From Cyanidioschyzon merolae (taxonomy: Eukaryota): 64,000 nucleotides of DNA. Position numbers and translations under genes: made by a program. Where the stretch lies: the NCBI GenBank assembly GCA_000091205.1, contig AP006492.2; one strand, given 5' to 3'. The notes below the pieces were generated by a model that was not told the DNA's origin, ran no database searches, and saw nothing but the letters and a program-made list of their open reading frames with translations. Every line of letters begins with the position of its first letter. The stretch's first letter is position 1. Positions 22,654-33,454 of this stretch are shown here, one piece after another.

Positions 22654-23431
22654 GCAATTTGTCTTGCGCTGTCTTTTAAGCGTGCAGCGACCAAGCCGCA
22701 GGAGTGGAGGCGGTTATTTTCGAGTGCAGACGACACCGGCCTCGGCCTTGCAACTCGCAAGCCAGAACGAGTCCCTGTGTATGCGCTACGAAGCGAGAAC
22801 CTTTTCACGGACTTTGACAATTGCAGAGCCTAATGCAGCGCTCGAGCAGAATCGACGCGCTTGGCCTAGGGGTCCGACGAGCCGTTCGCAGCACGAACGG
22901 TTGTTGCAAGACTATGCGCCACCAAGCGTAGTTCACTGTCACGGTTTCGCAACACACGAGTCTGGAAGCCCAGTCGCTTTACCTGGCAATGCCCTTGCAC
23001 TCCTCACGTTAACTGATGAGTAAGGGTTCCGGCAGATCTAGAGCAAGTCACTCGAAGAATTGACGCAGCTGCTCTGTGACGCGCACGATCGACAACGAGG
23101 TTTGTGGTGTAAGCTGGCGTCGTCGCCAAGAAGCTCACTCGCTTGTACCCGTTGTTCTAGACAATAAACCGCAGTTAAGGAAGATCTAGATCAAGACACT
23201 CGAAGATTTGCTGCAACTTCTCTGGGACGTGCACCACAGTCCGACAGACTTGCACTGCATCCTGGTAACGATACGGAGCGCTGCCGCTCTTTGGTATCCC
23301 GCGTCGCGGCGTCGACGACGGCGGCGGCGGTATCCCCCCAGCGCTGCGGCATCCCAGCAGCTGCGGCTGAAGCTGAGCCTTTATCCTGAACACCTGCGAA
23401 GCAGGTATCCATTGCACAGGCGAGCTGCGCG

Positions 23432-24265
23432 ATGGTTTACTGGGATACCCGAAATTGCAATGAAAACATCCAAGTTCAGGCGGGCAGCGTGGAGAACACG
23501 TCGTGGGCGAGCGGGTACCGTGTTCGACTCCGCTGCGGCTTTCTACCGATGATCCCGACGCTGGGGCCGTCACGAGAGCGACACTCCGTGTTGCACACAA
23601 GAGAGCAGCACTCCAAGCTTGTTCGTCGACCAGACGCTAGAAAAGTGAGACTTGTCTGCTCCAGAGAAACGAGGACGGTGTCCGTGCGACTTCCGAGGCC
23701 CCCGCTGAACACCACAGAGCTGACGCTCGTTGCTCGTGGTAGCAAACGAAAGACGCCAGAGAAGGACAGGAAGCTAGAGCAAAAACCTGAACAAAGTACA
23801 AGTCCTATGCTGAACTTGAATGGATTCAAGCTGCCTGGAACGCCGATTTCATCCTTTTGGTTTCTCGGGGGCGTCGTGGTTTTGTCTCTGGGTATTCTCC
23901 GTCGACTACTGGGAAGCAAGGAGGTTGCTCACATCCCCGCTGGATCGGTGAGGTACCGCGCGTCGAACGACGCTGAATTGCACGTATACCGATGTGGCAA
24001 GTGCGGGTACACGCTCTACCCAGCAAGAGGGCGTGAACTCAAATTCTTTCCGCGAACGTTCAAGTGCCCGCAGTGCTCTGCGCCCAAATCCGAGTTCTGG
24101 GACCTGAATGATCCCAATGATCCACGGAATCAGGAAACGGAGTCCGATGAAACTGATCAAGCGTCATTGGAACAAACGCAGTCCGAAGATGCACCAGACA
24201 CGCCCCAGGACACGGGCGGGAGCACTCCTCCGATTGACTCGTCCCCGGGGGAAAACAAGCCTTAG
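23432..24265 (+). CDS. Membrane-anchored rubredoxin-like protein with a basic, transit-peptide-like N-terminus.
   Basis: The hydrophobic helix 'ISSFWFLGGVVVLSLGIL' is followed by the rubredoxin knuckles 'YRCGKCGYTLYP' (C-x2-C-G-Y) and 'FKCPQCSAPKSEF' (C-P-x-C-S-x2-K-x2-F), then an acidic tail. Confidence 0.5.
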   Translation: MVYWDTRNCNENIQVQAGSVENTSWASGYRVRLRCGFLPMIPTLGPSRERHSVLHTREQHSKLVRRPDARKVRLVCSRETRTVSVRLPRPPLNTTELTLVARGSKRKTPEKDRKLEQKPEQSTSPMLNLNGFKLPGTPISSFWFLGGVVVLSLGILRRLLGSKEVAHIPAGSVRYRASNDAELHVYRCGKCGYTLYPARGRELKFFPRTFKCPQCSAPKSEFWDLNDPNDPRNQETESDETDQASLEQTQSEDAPDTPQDTGGSTPPIDSSPGENKP

Positions 24266-25492
24266 CGTTGTTGCGTGATGCTGCACTTGTGTGCACGGAG
24301 GATCGCATTCTCTGTTGAAATTGGAGCCATGTTTTTTGCTCGATCTTTCTTGCCCTGGTGTGTGGGAAACAGATCCAAAATCATAGACGAGTGCTCTAGA
24401 GCATGTGTGCAATCGATAACGGATCCGCTGCGAAAAGTACAGCGCTCTCGGAAAACATCAGTCGCTGTGGCGGCGTCACGGGGAGCGCTCTGGCGCAGAG
24501 CGAGCGTAGCCTTCCGGTCCTCGTGCGAGAAATTTAGGTTATTAACCCATATCAACTTGAAAACGACGATCCGCGTGCACGACGCAGCTGGCGAAATGAA
24601 CGGGCACGAGCAGCTGGCCTACTTGCGTGGCTCAGCAGGGCAGTACCTGCCGAGCCGTCGCCGGGAACGGCTGATGGCCTCTACGGGATTGCTGGAGTCG
24701 AAAAACGCATATTCCCGAAGCCGCCAGCCAGCTAGTCAGTCAGACAGACAGACAGACAGTCAGTCAGTAGTTGCATGCCTTGCTCAGGACTAGAGAGAAA
24801 GGGCTTCGTTGCCACGGGAATACAAAGATCTGGCTGTGCTCCTCTTGATCGCAGCCGAGCCTGAGACATCCTGCGACGCAACCGATGATGGCGCTTGAGC
24901 CTATTGCGCTGTTCATTCACTGCGGACAAACCTCTGGGTCTGTGCCTTGCAGGCGCCCCGGCGATGAAAACGAACTGCTGGACTTGTGGGTGCGTTCAGT
25001 GCGCGGGCCTGCACGGTGTCATCTCGACCAGTGTTCGCAAACACGCGTTCTTCGGCTCAATCGCAGGATAGAGCGCGCGAATGCGACCACATCTGTTTAT
25101 CAAGGTCGCATTTGATCAATGATCTGCTTGCGGGTAACGACTTGAGGACAGGGGTGCACTCTATCAGGATCTGGTCGAAAGCGAAAGCCTTTCGTAGGAG
25201 ATGTGTATCCAAGCGTCTGCGAAAATGGAATGACGGTCGACGCATGCTGCGATCTGGAGCTTCGGTTCATGTGAAGCGCGCTCAGTATCAGCTGAACGCC
25301 CGTAGATAGCGTCGCCCGCAGAATCCAACAGAAAGCACCACTGTCGTTGAATTGAAAACGCGGCTCACATTGGTGAATGCACGAGCATCATCTGTGGTCC
25401 ACGAAGCATCGGAGTAACGAAGCCCGATTCTCGAGCGAATCCTTTGCAACGCATTAGGGATTTTGCGTCGTCCTCTAAGCACTTGGACGCAT

Positions 25493-26158
25493 CTACTGCT
25501 GTAGTCTTGGTCTGGACACTGCGTCGTCGTCGTCATCGTCGTCCGCCGGGGCGGCGTATTCCCGCTGAGGCAGGACACCGCGGGCCTCCAGCTCGTATCG
25601 CGGTGGCAGGTGCGGAAAGGGGATAACGTCCAGAACGAATGGTTCTTCTAGAGAAACCAGGGCACATCGATATCGTAACAACTGATCAATGAATACATCC
25701 AAATACGAGTTGTGATACGAGTTGTCTTTTTGGCGAACCTTGATAGGCCGGTAGTCCCTGTAAAGCGGGTCAAGGAGCTGGTAAACCTGCTCGGCTCGCG
25801 ATTCTTTCCAACGAATCCAAGTCGCCACAATTGCCCGCCAATATACATTCTTGGAACAATCAAGGTGCGCAGCAACCTCTTCACGCGAAGGGCTGCAACA
25901 ATCATAGGCCAGTAGAACGCAAAGAAACGGTGAGGGCGGCAGTGCGGCACAGTCCCCGACGTATGTAACGTGTTCCTCTGTAACCTCTTCAAGCTGCTTT
26001 AGACTCGCCTTGAAGCAGTAAGTTCTGTAGAACGTACAATGTCGAGTTTGCTCGCGGAGACGAGCCCAGGTGCTCCGACTCCCCAGCGGCGATTTCCAGT
26101 CTACATCGCCTGTGAGCGGTGTGCTCTCCAGTGCTCGCATCCGCGACACCTTCTCCAA
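25493..26158 (-). CDS. Hypothetical protein with no recognised domain and an acidic C-terminus.
   Basis: A 221-aa ORF in a gene-dense region. No motif recognised. Confidence 0.25.
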   Translation of the reverse strand: MEKVSRMRALESTPLTGDVDWKSPLGSRSTWARLREQTRHCTFYRTYCFKASLKQLEEVTEEHVTYVGDCAALPPSPFLCVLLAYDCCSPSREEVAAHLDCSKNVYWRAIVATWIRWKESRAEQVYQLLDPLYRDYRPIKVRQKDNSYHNSYLDVFIDQLLRYRCALVSLEEPFVLDVIPFPHLPPRYELEARGVLPQREYAAPADDDDDDDAVSRPRLQQ

Positions 26159-26336
26159 GGCAGCCCACTTCCCTGCCTGCTTTGCAGGTTACAGTCCAGT
26201 TTCAAGTGTGTGAAGCACGTTCACCGCAACGCGTCACTATTTGGATAACGTGGGTACTCCAATCGATGAGCAACAGTTCCCCGCAGCTGCAGCAAAAGCA
26301 GCAGAAGCCTAATCATAAAGGCACCTGAATGTTCCG

Positions 26337-27434
26337 ATGCGCCTCCGTGCCCTGGGGTGGCGCTATGCCTATGACGCACTTGTGCGGTATTTCGCGTGCG
26401 TTTGTTTCGGAAAACGCTCTATCACCGGTCGTCTGTGGCTAGACAGTGAGCACCAACGGAGGCGTGCCGCACTAGAGAGCATGAGTCAGCAACGGGCTCT
26501 TGGTTTACAGCCACAGGCGATTGCCGCAGCCCTTCCGGAGAACGTCTGGGACCCGTTACGACACGAGGATGCCGATCCGTTCTGGCGAGAAATTGAACCG
26601 TTTTTCAGCCCGATAACGGTGGAGTCCCTCAGTTACATGCGGGAAAGTGATACGATGAATGACGGACCGGACACGGACTTGCTCGTTCCAACGGCAGACG
26701 CGGAAAACGTTGTCCCCAACGGCGAGCCTGGGGAAAGTGCTCCGGAGACGCGCCAACCGGAACGACGACGCCGACGCCCGGAAGCGACCAGTTCCGGGGG
26801 CTCTGCCGTGGACCACTCGGAGAAATGGACTGTGGAGAGACTCCTCCGGGCACGCTTGAACTCTTATCCGTTTTTCCAGCGAGTGGCTGCTGCCTTTGTT
26901 GAGTTGCCGAGCACTGGGGATGCACCTGCCTCTGCGATGCGAAACAAGGGCTCGGGTCCCGAAGATCTCTTTTGGAGCGGACCCGCAGATTCCCAGCTCT
27001 TGGATGAATACCACCGTATTCTAGAAATTCGTGTCACCAATGAACTACAAAGCATTGGTCTCATTGACGACACCGACGCCGACGAGCTTCAAAGCGAAAT
27101 GCGCCTGTTGCAGTGGCAGCTGCGGAATGCAAAAGCCCGCAATCGCTCGATACGGAGCTGGTCCTACAGTGACTGGAACCGCGTCCTGAAAGCGCAGGGC
27201 AAGGCACGTGAGCTCGAGCAAGGGAATCAGAACCTCCAGATCCTCTATCTGGAACGAGCGATTCGAAAATGTCGCAGAAACCGGCGGATGCGACAGCGCT
27301 TCGAGCGCGTGCTCAAACTGCTTTTCCCGAGTCACCGCATCGGTAACTTGAACTTGCAACGGCGCACGGAACCGGCTGCTGGAGCGCATACTGAACAGAA
27401 GACGCTGCCAGCTGGTGCCGAAAACTCTCCCTGA
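26337..27434 (+). CDS. Hypothetical protein with no recognised domain.
   Basis: A 365-aa ORF. No motif recognised. Confidence 0.25.
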   Translation: MRLRALGWRYAYDALVRYFACVCFGKRSITGRLWLDSEHQRRRAALESMSQQRALGLQPQAIAAALPENVWDPLRHEDADPFWREIEPFFSPITVESLSYMRESDTMNDGPDTDLLVPTADAENVVPNGEPGESAPETRQPERRRRRPEATSSGGSAVDHSEKWTVERLLRARLNSYPFFQRVAAAFVELPSTGDAPASAMRNKGSGPEDLFWSGPADSQLLDEYHRILEIRVTNELQSIGLIDDTDADELQSEMRLLQWQLRNAKARNRSIRSWSYSDWNRVLKAQGKARELEQGNQNLQILYLERAIRKCRRNRRMRQRFERVLKLLFPSHRIGNLNLQRRTEPAAGAHTEQKTLPAGAENSP

Positions 27435-27971
27435 GCGCCTTCCTCGTCTCGACGCCGACACCGAAACTTTCCCTCCGTCACTCCTCGTGATCACGATGGA
27501 ACGATCTGAGGCTTCGGACTGGGCAGTGCGAACCGTGCGCCTGAACGCGCCTTGGTTCTAGTGAGCGTGGCATGCGAATCCATGACCGCATGAAGGAGCG
27601 ATCGGGTAGATGGGTGCGTTTCCAGAACGCGAACTCGCGTTATGCCAAGGCCACAAGCGATCCCGTTGCCACTGTGCCTTCGAGGTATCACGCGTACCGT
27701 GCCTGAGGCGGCTGGCGACATGTGGAGCGTGCGCCCTGGGGCGATGCCCACAAGCGCTGTGACGAAGCCGTTCAAGGTGCAGTTGTGGGCGATCGCGAGA
27801 GGCACTCGCCTTTCCGAGGGTGTTTTTTAACGAGGCACGAACTCTGAAGGGGTGCTTAGGAGGTGATTCTTGGAATGTAGAGAATGTGGTGCGGATGGTG
27901 GCTGCTTCCCCCAGATGGCGGAAACAATCACGCAGTTGGGAATCCCCGGTTCGATGCGAGGATCCTGCACA

Positions 27972-29375
27972 ACAACCGGTGTCAGCGTAGAATCGAATGC
28001 TGAACTGCTGGCTCTGTCCGCGCCTCGCGATTATTTTCCGAAATATTTGAAGGTGTACAGCCTCTGCATTGGAAATGCAGCAATCAGGGCCCATGGATGC
28101 TGACGTGGATTAGGATTCGCGGTCATCGTTTCACATCGGCTTCTTCAACACTTTGCTGCTGGAATTCGATACGTGGTACCGGAATCAAGATGATTATCGA
28201 TATGGTCCAACAAGGGCGTCCCTGGAATCAACGATCCCGTTACTTAATGGATACGCGCAAGCCTGTACGCTTCTCCTCAACGTATGAGTACCATGCTCGA
28301 ATAAAGTATGCTTCAGGTTTTCGATTTCTCTCTCTGTGCGTGTGTGTGTGTGTGTGTCAAGGCAACTCGTGAGCGCACCTATTCCGTCCATTGGATTGCC
28401 GACGGGAAAGCGCCGCGACGTCGTCCCTGCACGACTCGCTTACGAGCGCACGCCCGAAACTCACTACATGCTTCACGTCAATAACCGATTCCATTCGCAA
28501 GACAAATCATGCTTTCGTTCAAACCAACGATGAAACGTCATCCGATGCCAGCACCATCCCTCTTGCGGGATACGCTCCGCGACGCTCCCGACTCTTCTGC
28601 GTGCCCGGCAACGAGTTTCGCGCTCAAAGGGGCGTCATCGCCGCGGCCCCTTCCAGTGGAGCATGCGTCGCAACTTTACACGAAGGAGGCGTACACGGAC
28701 CGGAATTTACCAAGTGGTTCCCCCAGCCTGCATATCCCTCCCGGTACTTGTCTGTTCATGGAGAGCACCGGGCCCCAAAAAGCATCCACCGAGCTGGACA
28801 GCGTGCGCTTGCGTACACAGCGGACAGCGAACTCGACGAGGTGATCGCCCAGAGCAAGCGCGTCCTCTTCGAACACGGCACCGGGCATGGAATCGGAGGC
28901 GGACCCTTAGGGAAGCCCACCTATAGCCCTCCATCGCATGTGCGGGGCGATGTGTCAGGCCTTGAGGCGCGGTACTCCAGCGCTCTTAGGCGCAAATGCA
29001 GTGTGTCGATGCGAAAACGTGGCCACAGCCAGTTGTCACCGATGCGAATGACGCTCTGTGGCGGTGTACAAACATAGATGAGCGCTGGAAGCGAAGCGTG
29101 GACTGCATCCACCGCCTGTGCATGACATGCGTGGACAACAGCCAGATGCATCGAACTCGAGACTTGAACGCTTATAGGAACGTCCGCCGATCTCCGGCAA
29201 CCGAGGTTGACGGACCGGAGAGGCCGGTGTATCTAAAGCCGGCGCCTAGAGAGAAAGACGGCGAAAAAGCAGTCCCAACGCCAGTCGCGAACAGCTGGCG
29301 TTGATGACCCTGGGATGACACTCCTCCGTAGCTTTAGAGTACGCGCCCGTATTCGTGGACTTGTTTCATACTGCT
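27972..29375. repeat. Interspersed repeat family B, copy 1 (~1.4 kb), carrying an intact 228-aa ORF (28391..29077) and a (GT)n microsatellite at ~28336-28358.
   Basis: About 98% identical to 40007..41477. The 228-aa ORF 'MDCRRESAATSSLHD...' is present in both copies with only 2 aa differences. Boundaries at 'acaaccggtgtcagcgtagaatcg' on the left and '...cgtattcgtggacttgtttcatactgct' on the right. Confidence 0.8.
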
Positions 29376-29709
29376 ATTGCACCAGTGCACAAACACTTTG
29401 CTGCGTATGCTATGGTGCGATTTCAAGCGCGGTGACGCGCATCCGCGTTACATCGACAATACATGGTACTCGCGTCTTTTCGACATGCTTAGTATCCACG
29501 CAAATGAGGATAGGTCGCTGCGAGCCTCACACAAAGAGACGCGGTGACCAGAGACGATATCCGCGGATAGCCGCATCCGGCAAGCCGACAAGCGTCGCGT
29601 CACCAGAGCCAGTTCGCATCAACTACCTAGTTGCATCGCAGCGCGCACTGTCTTGGAGAAAATGCGGATCCATCTTTTATGTCCCAGTTTAGAATATCCC
29701 TGTGTCATC

Positions 29710-30528
29710 TTAGGTGAAAAACGTGAATGCAAGTACCGCTACGATTGCAACCGCGCCACCCAGAGCCCACAGCAACCAGGTCTGGCGAAAAGGCTCATCC
29801 ACAGCGTCGGTGAGTGTCCGCTCGAGCTCTGGATCGTTTAAGTCGCTGCTGCTATTTTTAGGCACGGAACGGCTGGTCCAGGTCACCGGATCAAGCACTT
29901 CGCGTTCTCCGTACTTCTCTCGAGCCTCCACTGCCCGCCGTTGTGCTATTTCATAGGCGTCAGTTTTCTTCTGCTCAACCGTTTGTTCGTCCTCAACGAC
30001 GAGGGTAACAAAGTCTCCAGATCGAACTTTTATCGACTTGAGCACGCGATCAAGCCCGACGCCGCGCACGCTCCAAATCTCGTCGCCAAAAGTCGCACTG
30101 ACTGCGGTCACTATCTGACCGGGCCTCAGTACCCCTGTCTTCGCCGCGTTGCCCCCAGGCTGAACGGCCGCTATGTACACCATACCGTCGTCACGCTCCG
30201 CAAGTGTTAGACCCAAAGGTTTTTGGACAACCGCGTAGATGTCATTTTCTGAGAGTTCACGTTTGGCACGGTCCTCCGGGTCCAGGTACACATTATAGCC
30301 GAAGTCGTTCGCGTAGACGAAGAGCGCTCGAGCCGTGCGTTGACAGCGCGCGAACTTTCGACCCTGTCGTCGTATCCGCAGGGTGCTACGCGGCGTTTCA
30401 GAGGCAGCCGTACCACACTTTGGGAATACGCCCGCTGGTACGAACATTTTGGCGGCCTCAGAAGCGTTCACCAGCAAGTGTTCAACAAACACCAGATAGC
30501 GAATTAAAGCAGAACTTTGCGTTCGCAT
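29710..30528 (-). CDS. PDZ-domain protein with a C-terminal transmembrane anchor.
   Basis: The PDZ-like block is 'LGLTLAERDDGMVYIAAVQPGGNAAKTGVLRPGQIVTAVSATFGDEIWSVRGVGLDRVLKSIKVRSGDFVTLVV'. The C-terminal hydrophobic helix is 'WLLWALGGAVAIVAVLAFTFF'. Confidence 0.45.
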   Translation of the reverse strand: MRTQSSALIRYLVFVEHLLVNASEAAKMFVPAGVFPKCGTAASETPRSTLRIRRQGRKFARCQRTARALFVYANDFGYNVYLDPEDRAKRELSENDIYAVVQKPLGLTLAERDDGMVYIAAVQPGGNAAKTGVLRPGQIVTAVSATFGDEIWSVRGVGLDRVLKSIKVRSGDFVTLVVEDEQTVEQKKTDAYEIAQRRAVEAREKYGEREVLDPVTWTSRSVPKNSSSDLNDPELERTLTDAVDEPFRQTWLLWALGGAVAIVAVLAFTFFT

Positions 30529-32102
30529 CCAAAATCGGCCGATGCACGTCTGCCGTCAGCGGTGCATCCAGACAGCTGTGCAGTGCATCGAGTGTTGTCG
30601 TACGCATTGCCCGTCCGTCTCCCTATTATCGGCAGGTGCAGGGGCATGAGATACCGAGGTAAATACTGAACGAGTGTTCCGGATAGATGAACCTCAGGTC
30701 ATATGAGCGAACTGTATAAGGATACCGCCAGACTCGCCGGACGTGCAGACCCAGCAGGGGCAAGCGCCTCACCATGATTCCTCTCGTTGCACGTCGTCAG
30801 TCGCGTTCGGTCTCTGTGCGGCGAGCGCACCAGTGTTCTAGGCGTCGTCACGGGTACGGACAGCAGGCTCGGCACCTCGAGGATCGTGTGAACGAATCCG
30901 TTTCTTCGAAGGGCAGTATGGATGGTAGAGGCCGCTGGAGCTTGGCGGTATCGTGCAGAACGATAGATGCCTCCCGTAGATGCAGATCACTAGTGCACAG
31001 TTGGGGATCTCTGCTCAGTGTAAACGCTTCGTAGATACGAGAAGAGTAAAAGCTATATGAATGACTGTAGCCTTGTCAATCCATTCCAATGCATACATTC
31101 ATCACGAGATACTACCAAAGACGCCACAAACTGTGAATTCTGCGTACGCTTGATACATATGCCCATGCAGAGACATGCATGGACCATGACACAGGCATGC
31201 TTCAGTGCGAGACGCTCTCGCGCTGATCATCACGCACATGCTTTCGCACTGGAATGAGAATGCTTACCAAAGGAGCGACGGGTTCTCCTCTCGCTCAATG
31301 AGAATTTATTCGGAGGGCATGGTGAATCTGTGTAAGTGTACTCGAAGAATGACAAAACGCTTTTCGTAAGCAAGAAACAAGCGCGAATGACCATGTCATT
31401 TTCCTGATGCTAATGGATACTTGTGCTCGCCTACAGATCCCAAAACGGACAGGGTCGAAAAACACTTCATCCGGCGTCGGAGCACCCGTCATGGATTCCA
31501 GTTCCTACCTGGCTATGTCCTCTTTTTAGACTACGTCGCTTTCCATCACTTAATGGCTGTTAAAGAATACGCAGAGAAGATCGCCATTGAGCCGCTCTTC
31601 GTGCCACCAGGTTCTCTCCTGTTCAATCGAATCGTTGTTGTCTTTTCTGTTGCCTAATGCAGTTTTTACGCTCGCAAATTCATACGTATGTCGTTCGCGT
31701 CCGTTGAACCATTCTTCGATGAGTCGCCCTCTACCCTAGCCTTCACACCTCGTCCCGCAAATGTTCATATGAGTTCTCCAGATACAGGGCTACGAGCTAT
31801 CCGCGATTCTCTGTAATCCGTCGAGCAAACATTCGTTCGACGATACACATGATGCTCGCGACAGAGGACGCAACACTCCCTGGCCGTAGGATCAGAGATT
31901 CGAACACGTGCTTTCCAGAAAGTGTTGACGCGATGCCGCATCGCGTAGGCAGTTGAAAGAATGCTCGAGTCCAGGTTCTAGACAATATGAAACACACCTC
32001 AGTAACCAAAACGATACCGGAGTTGATCTCGAGCACTTCATGAAGCGCACCCCGTGGGCGTTGGGTCCCATCGCACAGGCCTAGGAAAACGGGGACGGAC
32101 GA

Positions 32103-33142
32103 GAGACACGAAGACGAAGACGCCGCGCTGAGCGTGTGGATCCCCCGATGAAGCACACGGTAGCCGTCGCAGTACGTTTCAATCCACAGGTCAGATCCAA
32201 CGACCTGAACGAAAAGCAGATGAAGCTGCATACGTTCTTCAGGGCTCCGTACGAGCGCGAGTCGGGCAGCTTGATCGCCAGCGCGCATGCGAACGACTGA
32301 AACAGCGGCATCACGGCCAATCTCGACGCTCTGAATACCGCATCGAGCAGCTAATCACGCTTTGATCGCTTCACGCTGACACTTCGTGTACGTCCAAATG
32401 GCTCATGTGGACGTCCTTCGGCAGGCCGACACGGAACCGCGTCCGAGTCGCCGAAGTTTTCGGCTTTATGGAGACCCGCAACGGACTTTCGCCAACCCGG
32501 TCCATGAGTTGGAAAAAGCAAATCACCGAAAAGCCGTATGCACTGGTGGTAGCCTACGGCAATGCGCGTTCTGTGACGCCTGAAGACAGCGCTCGTTTCC
32601 GCTCGACGAGCGCGTGCAACCAGTGCAGACATTGATGCCGCACGATTCCCATCAACGAATTCCGGGCTTCGACGTACGCACATCATGAGCACGGGTGCAC
32701 GCTAGATCTGCCTGAGACACAGAGCATGGAACAGAGCCGAATACAATGGATGCTGTATTGTGAACTGAACAAGCGTCAAATGGCGCAGTACCTGGAAAAG
32801 GAGACGCATCCTACGATGTGATTCCGCGAAGAGATGATGCGCGCAACCACGAGATGCACCGAAAGCTGAACGCCTCAATCAAGATCCGGAAGCATCTCGT
32901 GGTTTCGGAGGATTCAGCGGTATTCTGTGGAGCGACACTTGTGAGCGCATCGTTTTGTATACAGTATATGCATTGTGTTGGCACGTCGAAGACTTGCAGG
33001 GAGAAAAATCAGCCGTCATCCGGGCTGGCATTGGACGCTTGCCTGGAGCAGCGCGCTTCTATAATGGGGTCCAGCAAGCAGGCAAGCATGAATCGCCATA
33101 TATACATTGGGAATGGTCTCCCTGCGTCATTGGTGAACGATA
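32103..33142. repeat. Interspersed repeat family A, copy 2. It lies ~280 bp to the left of Fanzor-like element copy 1.
   Basis: See copy 1 at 16470..17512. About 97% identity over ~1.04 kb. Confidence 0.8.
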
Positions 33143-33432
33143 ATCGTGTCACGCTATACGCTTTCGCGGAATATCTCGTGGTGCACACCCTGCTTCGCCA
33201 ACAGCTGGCTCCATCTCGCTGCTGACTCGTGCGACCTTCGCGCCACCCCAATGCGATCTCCAGCTGCACAAACACATACACATACACACACTGGAACACC
33301 CGTTCCACACAGGTGTGCTGTCCGCAGACGCCGGCTGTCCGACTGCTACCGATGTGCTCGTATTCACCACCGTTCGTGCGATCTGCAGCGGACGGGGCGC
33401 TATATCATCGGGCATCGTCGATGAAATGTAGT

Positions 33433-33454
33433 GGCGGGCGGAAAACCGCCCGCC
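33433..33454 (-). ncRNA. Candidate omega-RNA scaffold 3' hairpin of Fanzor-like copy 1.
   Basis: The plus strand reads 'ggcgggcgg aaaa ccgcccgcc', a perfect 9-bp GC stem with a 4-nt loop. It abuts the nuclease stop codon at 33455-33457 and sits ~9 nt inside the element boundary. This matches the TnpB/Fanzor arrangement in which the omega-RNA overlaps the 3' end of the ORF and ends at the element edge. Confidence 0.35.

Noticed and set aside
28336-28358. CRISPR-like or other regularly spaced direct-repeat arrays
   Set aside because: Only simple microsatellites (GT, CA, CT, CTGT, GCA) and the ~70-bp single tandem duplication in repeat B copy 2 are present. There are no repeat-spacer periodicities, and the sequence is eukaryotic.
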